A stretch of 64,000 nucleotides of DNA, taken from the NCBI GenBank assembly GCA_051294375.1, contig CM119268.1, forward strand, positions 6,205,525 through 6,269,524. The letters run 5' to 3'. This DNA is from Paraspadella gotoi. Taxonomy: Eukaryota > Animalia > Chaetognatha. Both the position numbers and the translations under genes were made by a program. The notes under the pieces were generated by a model. That model had not been told where the DNA came from. It was given only the letters and a program-made list of their open reading frames with translations, and ran no database searches. Below, piece after piece: positions 37,101 to 49,064 of the stretch (position 1 is its first letter; every line of letters starts with the position of its first letter).

Positions 37101-38021
37101 AAGGATGGGACGCCGCTTACTCCGGCTACTTGATGGCCGGTGCTGCCGACGCGGCCCTCGCCGGTTACGCTCCTTACGCCACGGATGTCATTTGCGTGGA
37201 TGAGGCGCCGGAAGTCTTTAGAATTCCGAGATGGAATCGGTAAGAGTTTGGGGTGGTGAGTGTTTTGTCGTTAAGGCTAGTGGGTAGGTGCAGGGGCGGC
37301 GGGAGAAATGGCCGCCCCCCCTTGCTCTCCATAATTTTAGTTTTTAGTTTTCGATTACCGACTTTTTGCTTCGAAAATTGCTCCAGTGTTCAAACTTCTG
37401 CCTGTTATTTTTTTTCTTATTTTTTTTTTCTTTTTCTTCTTTTCTTTTTTCTTCTTTTTTTCTTTCTTTCTTACTTTCCTTCTTTCCCCCCTGGGACCCG
37501 GGTCCTCCCCCTAAGGCGAATGAAACCCCCCTCTCGCCGCCCCTGGGTAAGGGAGATTTTGAGAGAGAGAATGCTGTGGAAGGTACAGAGGAGTATCAAT
37601 TTAAAAATGTAATATAATTTAATGAACATTGAACAATATAATGTTAGACAAAGTGCCAACAAGAAATACCAATACATACTACGGCACAAGATATAAACTC
37701 AAAATACAACCTACAATACAAAATAGTTATTCAAAAGACGATCCATAAAATTTAATAGAGAATTAATAAACTATTAAACGCTTCTTGAGCTGATGTTTCA
37801 TACTTGTGTAGTCACGTGACCAACTGACCAATGCGTCCACCGAAAGAAAGTCACAGCGGCGCAACGAACCGGTTCTTGTATTTTTAATCGTGTTTTCGAT
37901 TTTTCACAGTGATCGATACTACGCCGCCAAGCTGTCCTTCATCGAGACACAGTGCAATGATCTTCCCTGTCCTCGCTACAGTCGGAACAAGGAGTTGACT
38001 TGCGTCGTCTGCATCAACTAA
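30247..38021 (+). CDS. Short-chain collagen C4-like (NC1-type Cys-rich domain) protein, partial; exons ~30247-30487, 36872-36932, 37064-37239, 37910-38021
   Basis: YTRWG(R)SGCGADELVYDGFVAG (needs a 1-nt frameshift) ... IPCAVC | LMIPGRKTC..GW..AYSGYLMAG...VICVDEAPE | IETQCNDLPCPRY...ELTCVVC*. The start and at least one middle exon were not found and may lie in the N gap. Confidence 0.82.
30861..31051. mobile_element. MITE-like element with (GCTCCA)n hexamers
   Basis: Begins cagggttgtggagctgg and ends ccagctccgaaccct (imperfect TIR); internal CTCCAG/CTCCGA repeats. Confidence 0.6.
33380..33905 (-). repeat. ~480-bp structured repeat with ~55-bp terminal redundancy and internal ~30-bp tandem units
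   Basis: cca(a/t)tggatttggctgaacgat(t/g)atggacgtgag occurs at ~33384 and ~33864; gggcatag..tttgtc.tagcgtaccc occurs three times at ~33535-33630. Confidence 0.75.
33992..34028 (-). ncRNA. Degenerate Penelope-type minimal hammerhead ribozyme (copy D)
   Basis: Minus strand TG-CTG(-)TGA-GGCTT-gtagtt-AAGCC-GAAAC-ATGTC-CCG...AATAAA; one A is missing from CUGAUGA. Confidence 0.6.
34115..36060 (-). mobile_element. 5'-truncated, frameshifted CRE-clade non-LTR retrotransposon (RT plus restriction-like endonuclease) with poly(A) tails
   Basis: Minus-strand fragments GVQQG.P.GPLLFSIAL, NNWY.DDG, IILGAPVGS, HGGLGIR, LDVTVTSPLRQ and PLVVYTFG match CRE RT and RLE motifs. Poly(A) appears as plus-strand T runs at 34298-34320 and 34115-34146. 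Confidence 0.85.
36161..36223 (+). mobile_element. tRNA-derived SINE-like head
   Basis: gacccggtggctcattgagtaatgccatc...gggatcgattcc with A-box- and B-box-like motifs; related to 2221-2300. Confidence 0.6.
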
Positions 38022-40113
38022 AGAGAAGAAAAGAAAATTGAGGCGGAGTTCTCTTGCCTTTTATCAATTAAAAATTTAAATTTAACCAGTGTCCTAGTTA
38101 TATTCATTAGTATATTTGAGATAAGAGAGAAGTTAGATTTATGAGGAAGGCACGGAGGCGGATCATAGCGTAGCTCTTTTGATTAGTATATCATTTTCTC
38201 CTTAATTTTTATAAGGAGTCGAGTCGAGACAATATTTTTTTCATTTTCAACATAATAAATATTTGCTAAGTTCATGGATGAGGAACCGAAATACGGCGCT
38301 TTCTGGAAAAGACACCAAATAGGTGATTGGGGAGAAACATGTTAAAAGTCAGAATCATTTGAGGCTTATATTAACGTACTATAAGGCCAAAAGCACGCAG
38401 CAAGTCAAAAGTAGCAATGATGTGTCAAAATTATAAAGCCTTACTTGCTTTGTCTTAATAATGTTTAAAAATCAAATTGAAAAACATAGCCCTTTTTACT
38501 TATTTTTGACTGTGAAAAATTATTACCCATATCCATTTCATTAAAAAAAATATATAAGCACTAACCCGGGCCTCCTGTCTCACGCATATCCGGAACCCTA
38601 TCCCAAGCGTCCCACCCTGGCCTCTCCGCCTACCATAACCCGGGCCTCCCGTTAATTGCCTATCCTCAACCCTCACCCTTACGTCAGCCGCGAGTCTCTC
38701 CTCCAACTCACGCCTTCCGTCTCATTCGCTACTTTTATTTTGCATCACTGGCGAAGTCGCCAGTAAGGGTAATGTCGACGCCGCCAGGGTCCTGGAGTTG
38801 TCGCCATGGCAAAGTCGCCAACCAACCATAACACGCATTATGCAGATCAGCTAATGATGGGCGGACTCGACGTTGTTCGCCCTAATTTGTTTCCAATCGG
38901 TCAACGTTGGCCATCTCATCCATGTCATCCACATTCATTTCTATAAAGAAAAAGCCGCAAGATATCGCTTAACATGCGGAGCTGCTCACCTCCCGAATTC
39001 CAGTCATTATGAATCGATTATTGCGAGTACCGATTGATCATAATTAATTACAGCAGGGAATGATGTTAGCGAACGTCGGCCAACGTCGGAAGAGGTTGTC
39101 CAGTAAGGGCAAAAGTCGGGCAAACGTGTGCCAAGGTAAGCAGTTCATCCCACTATCTTAACCCAACAGAATGCAATTTCGAAAACTGCACACATCTTTC
39201 ACTTCAAATCCGTCTTCTTTCTATTTTACTATTTCCAAGTCGGGTTTTTTTCTTTCCACCAAAATTACAGTTCGATGCTGTTTCTTTTTCAATCATAGCT
39301 TCTCTCGATTCTCGATTCTTTTTTTTCCCAGTATCACTATCATCCGTTGGGGGAATTTCAGAGATTACAGAGACTTTTCTCTTTCCGGTGCATTAAGTGT
39401 TTTTTCCTTTCCCCTTTTTCAGGTAAACATTTTTTTTTTCAGTGAAAAAAAGATAACACATCATTTGATCTGCGGGAATAAATTCCAATCGAAAAAAAAA
39501 AACGTAAATAAATCTCACTAAAACACTTTCGAAATTGCGCGTCTCTCTCTCTTTCACTCTCTCTCTCTCTCTTTTCACGCGACCTATAGCACGCGAGCGG
39601 CTTTCTTCTTTTCATCCTGTCTGTCGCTTTCGAAAAAGACAAAAACCTCATTCATCGCCTCTTTGCTTCCAAAAAGGAAAAAAAAAAGTTTCTTCAAGAA
39701 AACCATTTTCATTTTTGAACTCCTAAAAAAATTGACTTCCTTCAGTTTCGGTTTCCCCGATCGCACGGTTGTCGATTTACCTAAATTATTTAGTCAAAAT
39801 GTTTAACTGTAAGAAAAGTTGGGTGATCGCATGAGCTCGATTCGGTGAAAAATCCCACGAATTGTGAGACATCCCAAGTTTTGACGCTTTCAGTATCAAA
39901 AATCAAAACTTATATATTTTTTTTCTCTTTCGTTTTCTCCTCGACATTCTTTTGCCCCAATAATGTTTTTCCTCAAAATAAACTCGAATCGAAAGGAAAA
40001 ATTAATCACGTCGTAGAAAAAAAAAAGATTTCGTCTTCATCGATTTAATTTTTTTCTCGCTTTCGCGCCAAAAAAAAACAACAAAACAAACAAACGCCCA
40101 TTTTTTATCCTCC

Positions 40114-40676
40114 ATGGAATCGGCGGCGGATTTGGATCCCGCGTCCAAATCTAGCGGAATGACGCCGGAAATTCTAGGCGCCCTCGAGGGAAATTCCACG
40201 AAGCCGGACTGGGTCGGCTCTGCCGACGAGACGGAGAGCGCTAGGCGCGATTGGACTCGGCACTGCGGGGTTGAAGAGGAGATGGTGAGAAATTTCTCGG
40301 ACGTCGAGTGGAAAGCGGAGATGGCGAATCCGACGGGAATGTTCGTGACGGGAGTTGTCGGTAAGATAAGATTGTTTACCGCTTGCCGAGGATTACAAAA
40401 GCCTATCAAACTCTTTCAGTCTTTGATAGTCTTTACTAAACGTTTAACTTTAAGTCTTTCATAAATATTTTAGTTTTCCGATGGCGAGGTTTTGCAATTA
40501 GCGCTTCTTCGCAGTTGTTTAATTATTCATTGGAAAAGAAGTCAAGTTTTTTTTTATTTTCTTTTTTTTTTTATTTCCTCTTCTTGTCTTATAACTTTAT
40601 AAGATTCTTGTCTTGTCTTGTTTTTTTATCGAAGAAATAAATGTATCTTTTCCTAAAGACCGACAGACAGATAGAT

Positions 40677-40770
<94 letters not shown>

Positions 40771-43700
40771 TATTCAAGAAAGATAGGTGGAAAAAAAGTA
40801 TGCAAGAAAGAAAGGAGGAAAAAGTATGCAAGAAAGAAAGAAAGGGGGGAAAGTATGCAATAAAAAATAAAGGGGGGAAAGTATACAAAAAAAGAAAGGG
40901 GAAACAAAGTATGGAAGAAAAAAAGAAAGTGGGGAAAAGTATGCAAGAAAAAAAGAAAGGGGGGAAAGTATGCAAGAAAAAAAGAAAGGGGGGGGAAAGT
41001 ATGCAAGAAAAAAAAAGGGGGGAAAAAGTATGCAAGAAAAAAGAAATTAAAGAAATTAAACTATAAGTATTAAGTAATATCTCTCTTCATTTTTATGTCT
41101 TTATTTATTATATTCTATTCATCTGACGCAACAACGAATATTCAGGAAACGTTCTGGCTTTGATAGTCTTGGCTTCGGGCTACAGAGAGAACAAAAAAAG
41201 AATGTTTTATCACTTGGTAGCGGGACTTGTGATAACGGATTTGGCAGGTGAGAAAAATGAACATAGTATTTTTTTCCCAATACATAGAGTAAACGAGTAT
41301 AAAAGATATTTTTCTTTTATTTATAACCTTAATCATCGCCGTAAATCCTTCCAGGTCAAGCCTTTACTTCCCCCATCGTTCTCACCGTTTACGCGCGAAA
41401 TCTCGAATGGTGGGGCGGCAGCCTTTCTTGCAAATGGTGAGAGGGAGAATGACTTTTATGTCGTGAGCAATCACCAACCGGGAGGTCGGATTAACGATTA
41501 TGAAGAATTCATCCGCTTGGCGGATCTTTCTACCTATCTAGAATTTAGTATATAAATACTCTTAAAATATTAATTAAATAATACATAATACATAAAAAAA
41601 AATAATAATTCAAACTTTTCTAATAATACACCAAAAAAGCAATATACTTTTTTCAAAATAGAAAAAAAATGACTCCATGGTGGTATGGCAAAAAAAAAAA
41701 AAGATTTATTGTATTAACCAAATTTTTTTTTTCATATCCCGAAGGATGGGCTTTATGATGATATTTTCCGGAGTGGCGACCATCTTGATTCTGGGCGTGA
41801 TGGCGGTCGAGCGCTTCATAACCATCGTTCATCCATTCTTCAGACGGCGACACCTTCGGGCGAAACAGGTGAAAGGATTTTCTATTTCTGAAACAAAATG
41901 GAAACTGGGGGAAAAATCGTGAGTGCTATAAAATCTTTTCTTGGAAGATCGAGGATTATTTAAAAATAAATTTAAAACTAACTAGATCATAAAATTCGAT
42001 TATAAAAAAACGTTTCCTTATTCTTTTGACTACGGTATGAAAATTAAAATATTAAAAAAAATATTTAGTAAGTTACATGATAATTGTATTGACTTCGTAC
42101 GCTTTCTGGCCTTTTTCCAAACTTACGTACAATTCAAAACATTAATATTTAACGTCAACATGTACAATAACATCGTACTTGATACGAGACTGACCACATA
42201 ATCCCTCAATCGAGTCACGTGACCACCGTCATTGAAATGGAATCAGTCGAGGAATTCCCTCCACCAAAGTCATCGTTTATTTCGATCGCAAAAACCGATT
42301 TCCTCCTTTTGACGAATGAAGATTTTTTCCTTTTTTTCTCTTCCGCCTTTCAGATCAGCGACCGGACGCCTCTCTCATCGTCTTCCTTTTCTATTTTTTT
42401 TTTTTTTCGCCAGGCGAAATACGTGATCGTGGGCGTTTGGCTTTTCTCCGCGTTTATGGCTGCGATGCCTTGTTTTGAAATCGCCGGGAGAATCAGGCAC
42501 ATGGCGCCAGGTGTGTGGAAAAAGCGAAGAAGCGAGGTGGAACCAGGCGTGAAAATTATGAGAGATTAGGAGAGAGAAAATGAGGTGAATGGAAGAAACG
42601 ATGGGGAAAAAAACGATATGTAAATTATTTTTTAAAAAAATGCTTTTAAGAAAGGATAAAAAGTAAAAGTTAACTTTGAAAGGTTCTAGAAATAGTCGCT
42701 TAGAAAGCGCTAATAAGTGGAGCATGGAGCGATTGGGAGAGATCATATGAAAAAAAAATATGAGTCGGAATTTATTTTTATATGAAAAGCGGAGGGAGGA
42801 AAATGCGGTGATTCAATTTTAAAATTCAATTACGAAAGGTGAGATTTTATTCACAACATCCTCGCTTGTCTCTCCATCTTTTGTCTCCATTGTCCTATGG
42901 TTTCGCTCTATTGATTCTTTGTTCGTCATTCCGTTTCTCCTTCTCTTTCGTTTGCAAGTGCAATGCCAAGAGAAACCGATTCCACTCAACTTTTCAAGAT
43001 CCAACCCAACGCCCATTGCCTAAGGCATCTCGACACCCGAAACGCGTTTTAATTCGATTTGTAATAATTTTATGTTTGTATCGAATTCGTTGTTTGACTT
43101 TGAGATTGGAAGAATAACTATCGTTGTTGTTATTCTTCTAATAATTTTATGCAAATTCTTTTAAAGAAGAAAACCATTTATGATTTATTAGTGCGAGATC
43201 CAGGTGCGAATCTGCAGTTCGATTCATTTTAACTTTAAAGTTTAATACCAAGTCACAACATGATTCTTTGACAACTCTTACGGCTGCGACCGAGATGTTT
43301 TTATTTTTGTTTCACGTATTCTTAGACGATTCGTACATTTCATTCGTTGTTTCCCCACTGTATTACCATTTTATTTTTGGATTTTTTTTTCTTATTTCTT
43401 TATTCTGTCCTTTTTTTTTATCTCACCGCATTAACTTTCACGCCAAGGGACGTGGTGCTTCATCGACATGCGTTACGGATGCGATCCCGGCGACTTTGCC
43501 TTCTCCATTCTATATTCCGTCACCGGGATCGTCGTCATTTGCGTCACCGCCGTCTGCAACGTCGCAGTGGTGAGTACTTTCTCCCACATTTTCCTCGTCT
43601 CTTCTCCACAACTAATCCAACCTCCGTCGACCTCAAAGTCTTTAAATATCACGACTTACCAAAAAAAGTCTTCCGCTTTCTCCTCGCTTTCAAGATGCAA

Positions 43701-46700
43701 ATGGACTATTTCTGTCACGAAGTTCCATCGAGAAAACCTTCCTCTCTCTCGCCCGACTGGATGGCGGGGGTTGACCGAAGGGTCAAGGTTGATGCGCCCG
43801 ACTGGATGGCGGGGGTTGACCGAAGGTTCAAGGTTGATGCGCGTTTTTTTCGATACTGAAGACAGAAATCTGTTGTCAAAGAGGAAAAAGTAAAAATATC
43901 GAAGATACGTAAAATACAGTATAGTGAGCTGCCATAAGGTTCTACAACTAGTAATAGTTAACTTAAGCATTCCGGAGAGAATAATTATTCAATTTAATAC
44001 CAAATAGAAAAGCCTGCTATATTTTTAAATTTTAAGTAAAATCTCTCTCAACTGGATATTCCAACCGTTTCCTCATTTCCCTCCCAAGCTGACTCAACTG
44101 ATCCGTCTCTACCGCCGACTCCGCCACCACAGACGTTTTCAACGCCGCTGTTCGGGCAGCACCTACGCCGGGTCTCCGATCTCGGCGTCTTTGAGAGAGA
44201 TTCGCGGAGTGTTGGGGTCGAGAGTGTCGAGAGGATCATCCACGTCGTCCTCGATGACCCCGTCAAGGAGGTCCTCGAGGGAAGGTGATGATGACAAAGA
44301 CGATAGGCTTTCGCGTTAAAAAAAAAAATTCTATCGGCCACAAACATTGTATTATGAATAATTGTATTCTCCTATGAGGAGTAAATTGCTAGAGCTAAGG
44401 CCACAAGCTCCGTAAAAGAAATAGCTCTTTTGGTAGACCTTCTTTTCTAAATGATGCAATATTCCGACAAAAGCCATTTATCCCTCGGTCTGGCCTTTAG
44501 GTTTTTTCAAAGCCACGAAAATCATTAATCAGCCTCGTTTTCGATCTCAGGTCTTTCAACGCGCGACGGACAGGAGCACGACCGAGACCGCGGTTCCGAG
44601 TTCCGCATGTGTATTTTGTTGGCAGCGTTTTTCGTCTTCTCGACTTGCTACACGCCGCTCATGGTCAGTCTTTCGAAGTATCAATTAATTAATTAATGGC
44701 TAAATTTTACTTTCGCCGACTGGGGTTTTGGCGTTTTTTTGAAAACCACTTAAAAATATTTATTTTTTTAAAAAAAATTCATAAAAATTATTACCTAATT
44801 ACCCTAAGCCTCAACCCTTTGAACCCTAACCACCCCTAACCCTAAACCACCGGTTGGCGAAAGTGGCTTCGTTTGCCTAACACAACAATAACATGCAGTA
44901 GGTAGCGTAACGTAAAGACGGTATTATTTGCAGCTGTATCCAAAAAATTGCAACGCAGTAAATCTTTCTCGGTTTGTTTGTATCAGATGTCAACCTTTAT
45001 TCGCGCGGTCAGGTTCGCGTGTTGCTTAACAAAGTGGGCGTGACAGAATCGGAAGGCGAAGGTTGGAGAACTGACCTGATGGCAATTCATTTGGCTTCGT
45101 ACAATCAAATCCTCGACCCTTGGATCTACATCCTTTTTAGGAAGGAGTTCTTTCTCAAAGTGAGCAAAGAGAAAAGAGGAGAGGGGGGGCGCGGGTAGGA
45201 ACGAGGTAGAAAAAAGGGCAGAAACTGAGAACGAGGAGAAAAAAAAAACGGAAAAAGGAGGGAATAAAAAAAAGATTGAAAAACGAATTGTGAAAAATCG
45301 AAAGAAAAGGCGACAAAAGTCGAAAGAAAAAAAAGGAAATAAGGAACGTTGAAAAAGGAGAGGAGAAAAAAAATGAAGTGTGAAACTGAAAGCGAGCATA
45401 AAATAAAATAAAAAAACCCTTCCGCCCACGCGACAAAGCAATCCCAATCCCGATTCACGCAGGTCTACGAATTGATGAAAACAGTCTTGTGCATCGAACG
45501 GAAGAGCAGATTTCCCACAAACGCTATCGAGTTGAGTCCCATCAATCTGTCCGACGACGTAAGGCCGCACGATTTGATCTTGTTTGTAAACAGAAAAAGA
45601 TAAAAAATCGTTTTATTTGTAAACACGAATTAAAGCCGATTTAATGATTTACCCCGCGGCATAACGAGCTTTGAAAGACAGAGAAAACAAAAGAAAAGAG
45701 GCAGAAAAAAAAAGAGGGGAAAATTGTTTTTATAATCTTGAAATTTAATACATAGTTATTTAAAATATTTTTAAAAAATTTTGAACGATTTACATGAATG
45801 TATGAACGAAAAGTGTTTTTTAAACAAGCAGAAGGTGAATTCCCTCACGATCTGTGTCCCCCATCCCGCCTCGCCCTCTCAAGTTGCAGGGTCCGGTCGA
45901 CGCGGCGGTGGCCGTGGAGGATCGCGTAGGCCTGAGCTGCTGCTGCGGCACGGTCGCCTTCAGCGCTGCGCGTCATCCTCGTTGATCCTGACGCAGCGTG
46001 AGAAGAGCTCCACGCCGCGTTCGTTCAAGCGCGCCGGGCCTTTAATGTGAGAAGAGGAAGGATTTTCTGATTAGGTTGAGGGGGGCGGAGAATAGTGACC
46101 AGTTGCTATCGTTTTTTTCTTTTCAGGAGTTCTGTAGGAAGATCGTTCGTTGGAAAATCCTCTTCACAACGGGAATCGTTGATCGTCGAAGGAATCGTAA
46201 CGAAAGGTCAGTTAATCTTTAAATTAAAATTAATAAAAAATAATATATGTATTTATATGAATAAAAATATAAAAAAACTCGATAAAATAAACCAATTTGT
46301 CGTGAAATCAAGATTGTGATATTGTACTTGTACTAAATCGAGAACAAACAAGAAAACTGAAAGAGAGCAAAACGCGTGCAACGAGTCACGATTTTCACAG
46401 AAGCCTCACCGACCGAATTATAGGAGGTCCTCCATCTCCACTCTCGACGCCGAATCCTCGTAATCATCGCCCATCCTCGGCGCCGCCAGATTTCCAGCCT
46501 CCGACGCCGGCTCAAGCGGCGCCCCCTGCCGTCGATTCTTTGTTCGACTCCGCGCCCTATCGTTTCGTCCTTCCAAAGCCAAAGGGGCGCCGGCGCCGGA
46601 AGACTGTTCCCCAGGCGGACCCCACGACGAAACAGGCGGCGTTGTCTCGATCTCGTCACGCCACGCCCACTTTCGTCGCCAACAAACTCACGCACCTCCG

Positions 46701-46887
46701 CGACGGGATCCAACATTTTCTCGGTCTGACGCCGCCGATCGGCGCCGAGAGGCGACGCCGACGGCGCAAGTCCGAGTTTCCTGCGGCGGGGGCATCGTGG
46801 ACGTCGTCGAAAAGAGGAGGAAGGAGCGCCGGGGGGTCGTTGTCTCAAGAACCGCCGAGCGTGCGACGACACAGCGTCTGTTTTTGA
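40114..46887 (+). CDS. Prostanoid (EP4/TP-like) class A GPCR, 13 exons: 40114-40360, ~41146-41248, ~41354-41436, ~41746-41868, ~42414-42510, ~43448-43569, ~44089-44284, 44551-44663, 45013-45159, 45463-45558, ~45832-46046, ~46128-46206, 46424-46887
   Basis: PTGMFVTGVVGNVLAL, FYHLVAGLVITDLAG, MAVERF, PGTWCF (prostanoid ECL2 hallmark), CNVAV, PLM|VR and NQILDPWIYILFRK. Intron phases are consistent; tail exons are less certain. Confidence 0.92.
40672..41045. repeat. (AGAA)n microsatellite followed by a ~30-bp GGGGAAAGTATGCAAGAAAA minisatellite
   Basis: Direct inspection; explains ORFs 40589..41066. Confidence 0.9.
43751..43842. repeat. ~45-bp tandem duplication in a GPCR intron
   Basis: gcccgactggatggcgggggttgaccgaagg(g/t)tcaaggttgatgc occurs twice. 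Confidence 0.9.
44707..44864 (+). mobile_element. MITE with ACTTTCGCCGAC TIRs and a (TAACCC)-like interior
   Basis: ttactttcgccgactggggtt ... ccggttggcgaaagt; same family as 61012-61180 in the opposite orientation. Confidence 0.75.
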
Positions 46888-47216
46888 TGACTTTTAATTT
46901 TATTTTTTGTCTCTAAGTGGTTTGTTCTTCGCGAGATTTGTTTTTATATGTAAATCACGCAACAATGATAATTTTGCAAACAAAAATTTCTAAAGGTGAT
47001 ATTTATATTGTTATTTGTGAAATTTCCTCAAATCGCATGACTTTTTTCAACGTTTAATTTTTACAATTTTGCCATGGTGCTCGTGCTTCATATACCTCCG
47101 CATCACTGTTTTTTCGATGTTTACACGTTCAATGTTTACAAATAAATTCTTTTTTCCTCCAAAAACAATCTGTACATGGATGCGACTCAGGGCGTTAAAG
47201 CTTTGCCTCACTACAT

Positions 47217-49064
47217 TTAATCACGGCATCCTCCATTGAGGACGCTTCGGATGCGCGCGTTGACTGCTCGTTCTTGACGAAGCATCGCGTTTGCGTGGCG
47301 TTTGTAGAATTCAAAGTCGCGGTCGCGGGTTTCTGAGATTCGCTGCAGACGGATCAAATCTTGACGGAGGCTTTTATCAGGGGAAATGGAGTAGGAAATA
47401 AAAGGTGGAAAAATAATTGAGCAGATGTACGATGAAGTAAAATTTAAAATATGATGAAAGCAACGCTGAGTAATAAAAGTGTCATATAAGGACAAGATAG
47501 CTTATTTATTAAATGGATGGATACTTTTATATTGGTTGTACCAATTTCATATATTTGTCAAAAAAAGTTCAATAGGCTATAGAAAAATTTAAAAAGTTAT
47601 AAAGACCAACGTTGATTTCCGTTCCTAAATTATTCTTTCAAAATATCTACAAACAACCGCGATTAAGTTAGTTGATTTTAAAAATGAGTTTATATATACT
47701 AAACGTTAAAGAAGGAAAACGCCTCACTTTTGTTTGAGATGGTTGTCGTTGAAGCGATTTGTGATCCAAATCCCTTTAAAATCCCACTTAAGGCTCAAGT
47801 GCCTCCCTCTCTATCCAATTTATTTGTCAGTCCGTTGGTCGTTAAACGACGAGCGCGTTTTTTAACAAACGGAAGTTCTTTCGTTACCTAGAAACGACGG
47901 CGTCGCGATCCAACATGGCGGCCTTGGCTTCTTCGTCCACTTTAAATTTAGCGAAAGCTTCTTCGTTCACTTTAAACTTAGCGAAAGCTTCTTCGTTTTC
48001 TTTGCAAAAATTATGATCAAGATAAATCATGAAATGACACGATGCAATTACAAGGTACGGCGTTTACCTTTACAAACTGTAAGCAATCGTTCGTTTTCTA
48101 ACCTCAGCCAGTCATGTTCATCTTTTTCAACTTGTAAACACTGAAGACAAAAGCGAAGAAGAACATTGACCACTAAAGGAGTTTCACTTTTAACAAATAG
48201 GGGGAAAAAACTTGAATTCTTCGCCATTCCGATGTTACTTCACTCATCATCATAACTCACCTTGAAATCCTCCTCCATCTCTGTAATCCTGAGTTCCAAC
48301 TCCTTCGCCCGCTCCGCCGCCGCCTCTTCCTTCCGTCTTTGCTGCTCCTTTGATGTTTCCAATTTGTCAACGAGCTCGCGCAGGGTGCCAACCATCACCT
48401 TTGGTCGAAAATCTTAGGTTAAAAACCGAATTAAAAGTCAACGGAGTGTCTGGAATTGGATTTAGGAAATGATAGGGAGAACAAAGGTAGGCTGGACTCA
48501 GCTAAGGATTTAGGAAGTGATAGGGAGAACAAAGGGTAAGCTGGTGATCGATTTCTCAGTCAAGGCAGAATGGTCAAATAACATCTAAGCTGATTTACTA
48601 ATTTTACAACACGAATTTAGAAAAAAAGAATGGTCGTAGTCGTCAAAGTGATCAATAGAAACTGAGGCGCTAACCTCGTTTTTCTTCTTCTCCTCTTCCA
48701 AAGGACCGGCGACCTGCTGGGCGAAAAGGCGATCGTTTTCGTCCTTAAGGAGACGATTTTCAAGACGAAGACGTCGGTTCTCGGCCTACAGTCGAGCCGA
48801 CTTTTAAGTTTATAAAGGCTGGGTTTGTTCACCCCCCCCCAATCTCAGTCCGACCTTTAGTTTTGCGATTTTGTCGTCCTCGGTTCTTAGTGATTGGCCA
48901 GAGGCGATCGTCGCTTCGGCTCTCCGATAATCGTCATCGTCGTCGGAAGAGTTCGCCGTTGGCCAGTTGGTGGACCTCAGGCCCTCGTCCGTAGTAGAAT
49001 TCATCTCTCCGGAAGAAATCGGATAATTCGGCACTGGTGAATTTGAAGGAAAACTTTCCGCCAT
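47217..49064 (-). CDS. CCDC89-like coiled-coil protein; exons ~49064-48855, 48786-48676, 48399-48262, 48141-48069, 48000-47888, 47371-47217
   Basis: KLK|AENRRLRLENRLLKDENDRLFAQ and C-terminal FEFYKRHANAMLRQERAVNARIR resemble remembered CCDC89 motifs ([42 protein letters not shown]). GT-AG phases are consistent. Confidence 0.7.

Noticed and set aside
40589-41066. Lys/Glu-rich and Phe-rich ORFs
   Set aside because: Microsatellite and minisatellite translations in GPCR intron 1.
47727-47773. Extra exon of the CCDC89-like gene
   Set aside because: It has splice-like ends but would break the phase; the flanking exons join in frame without it.
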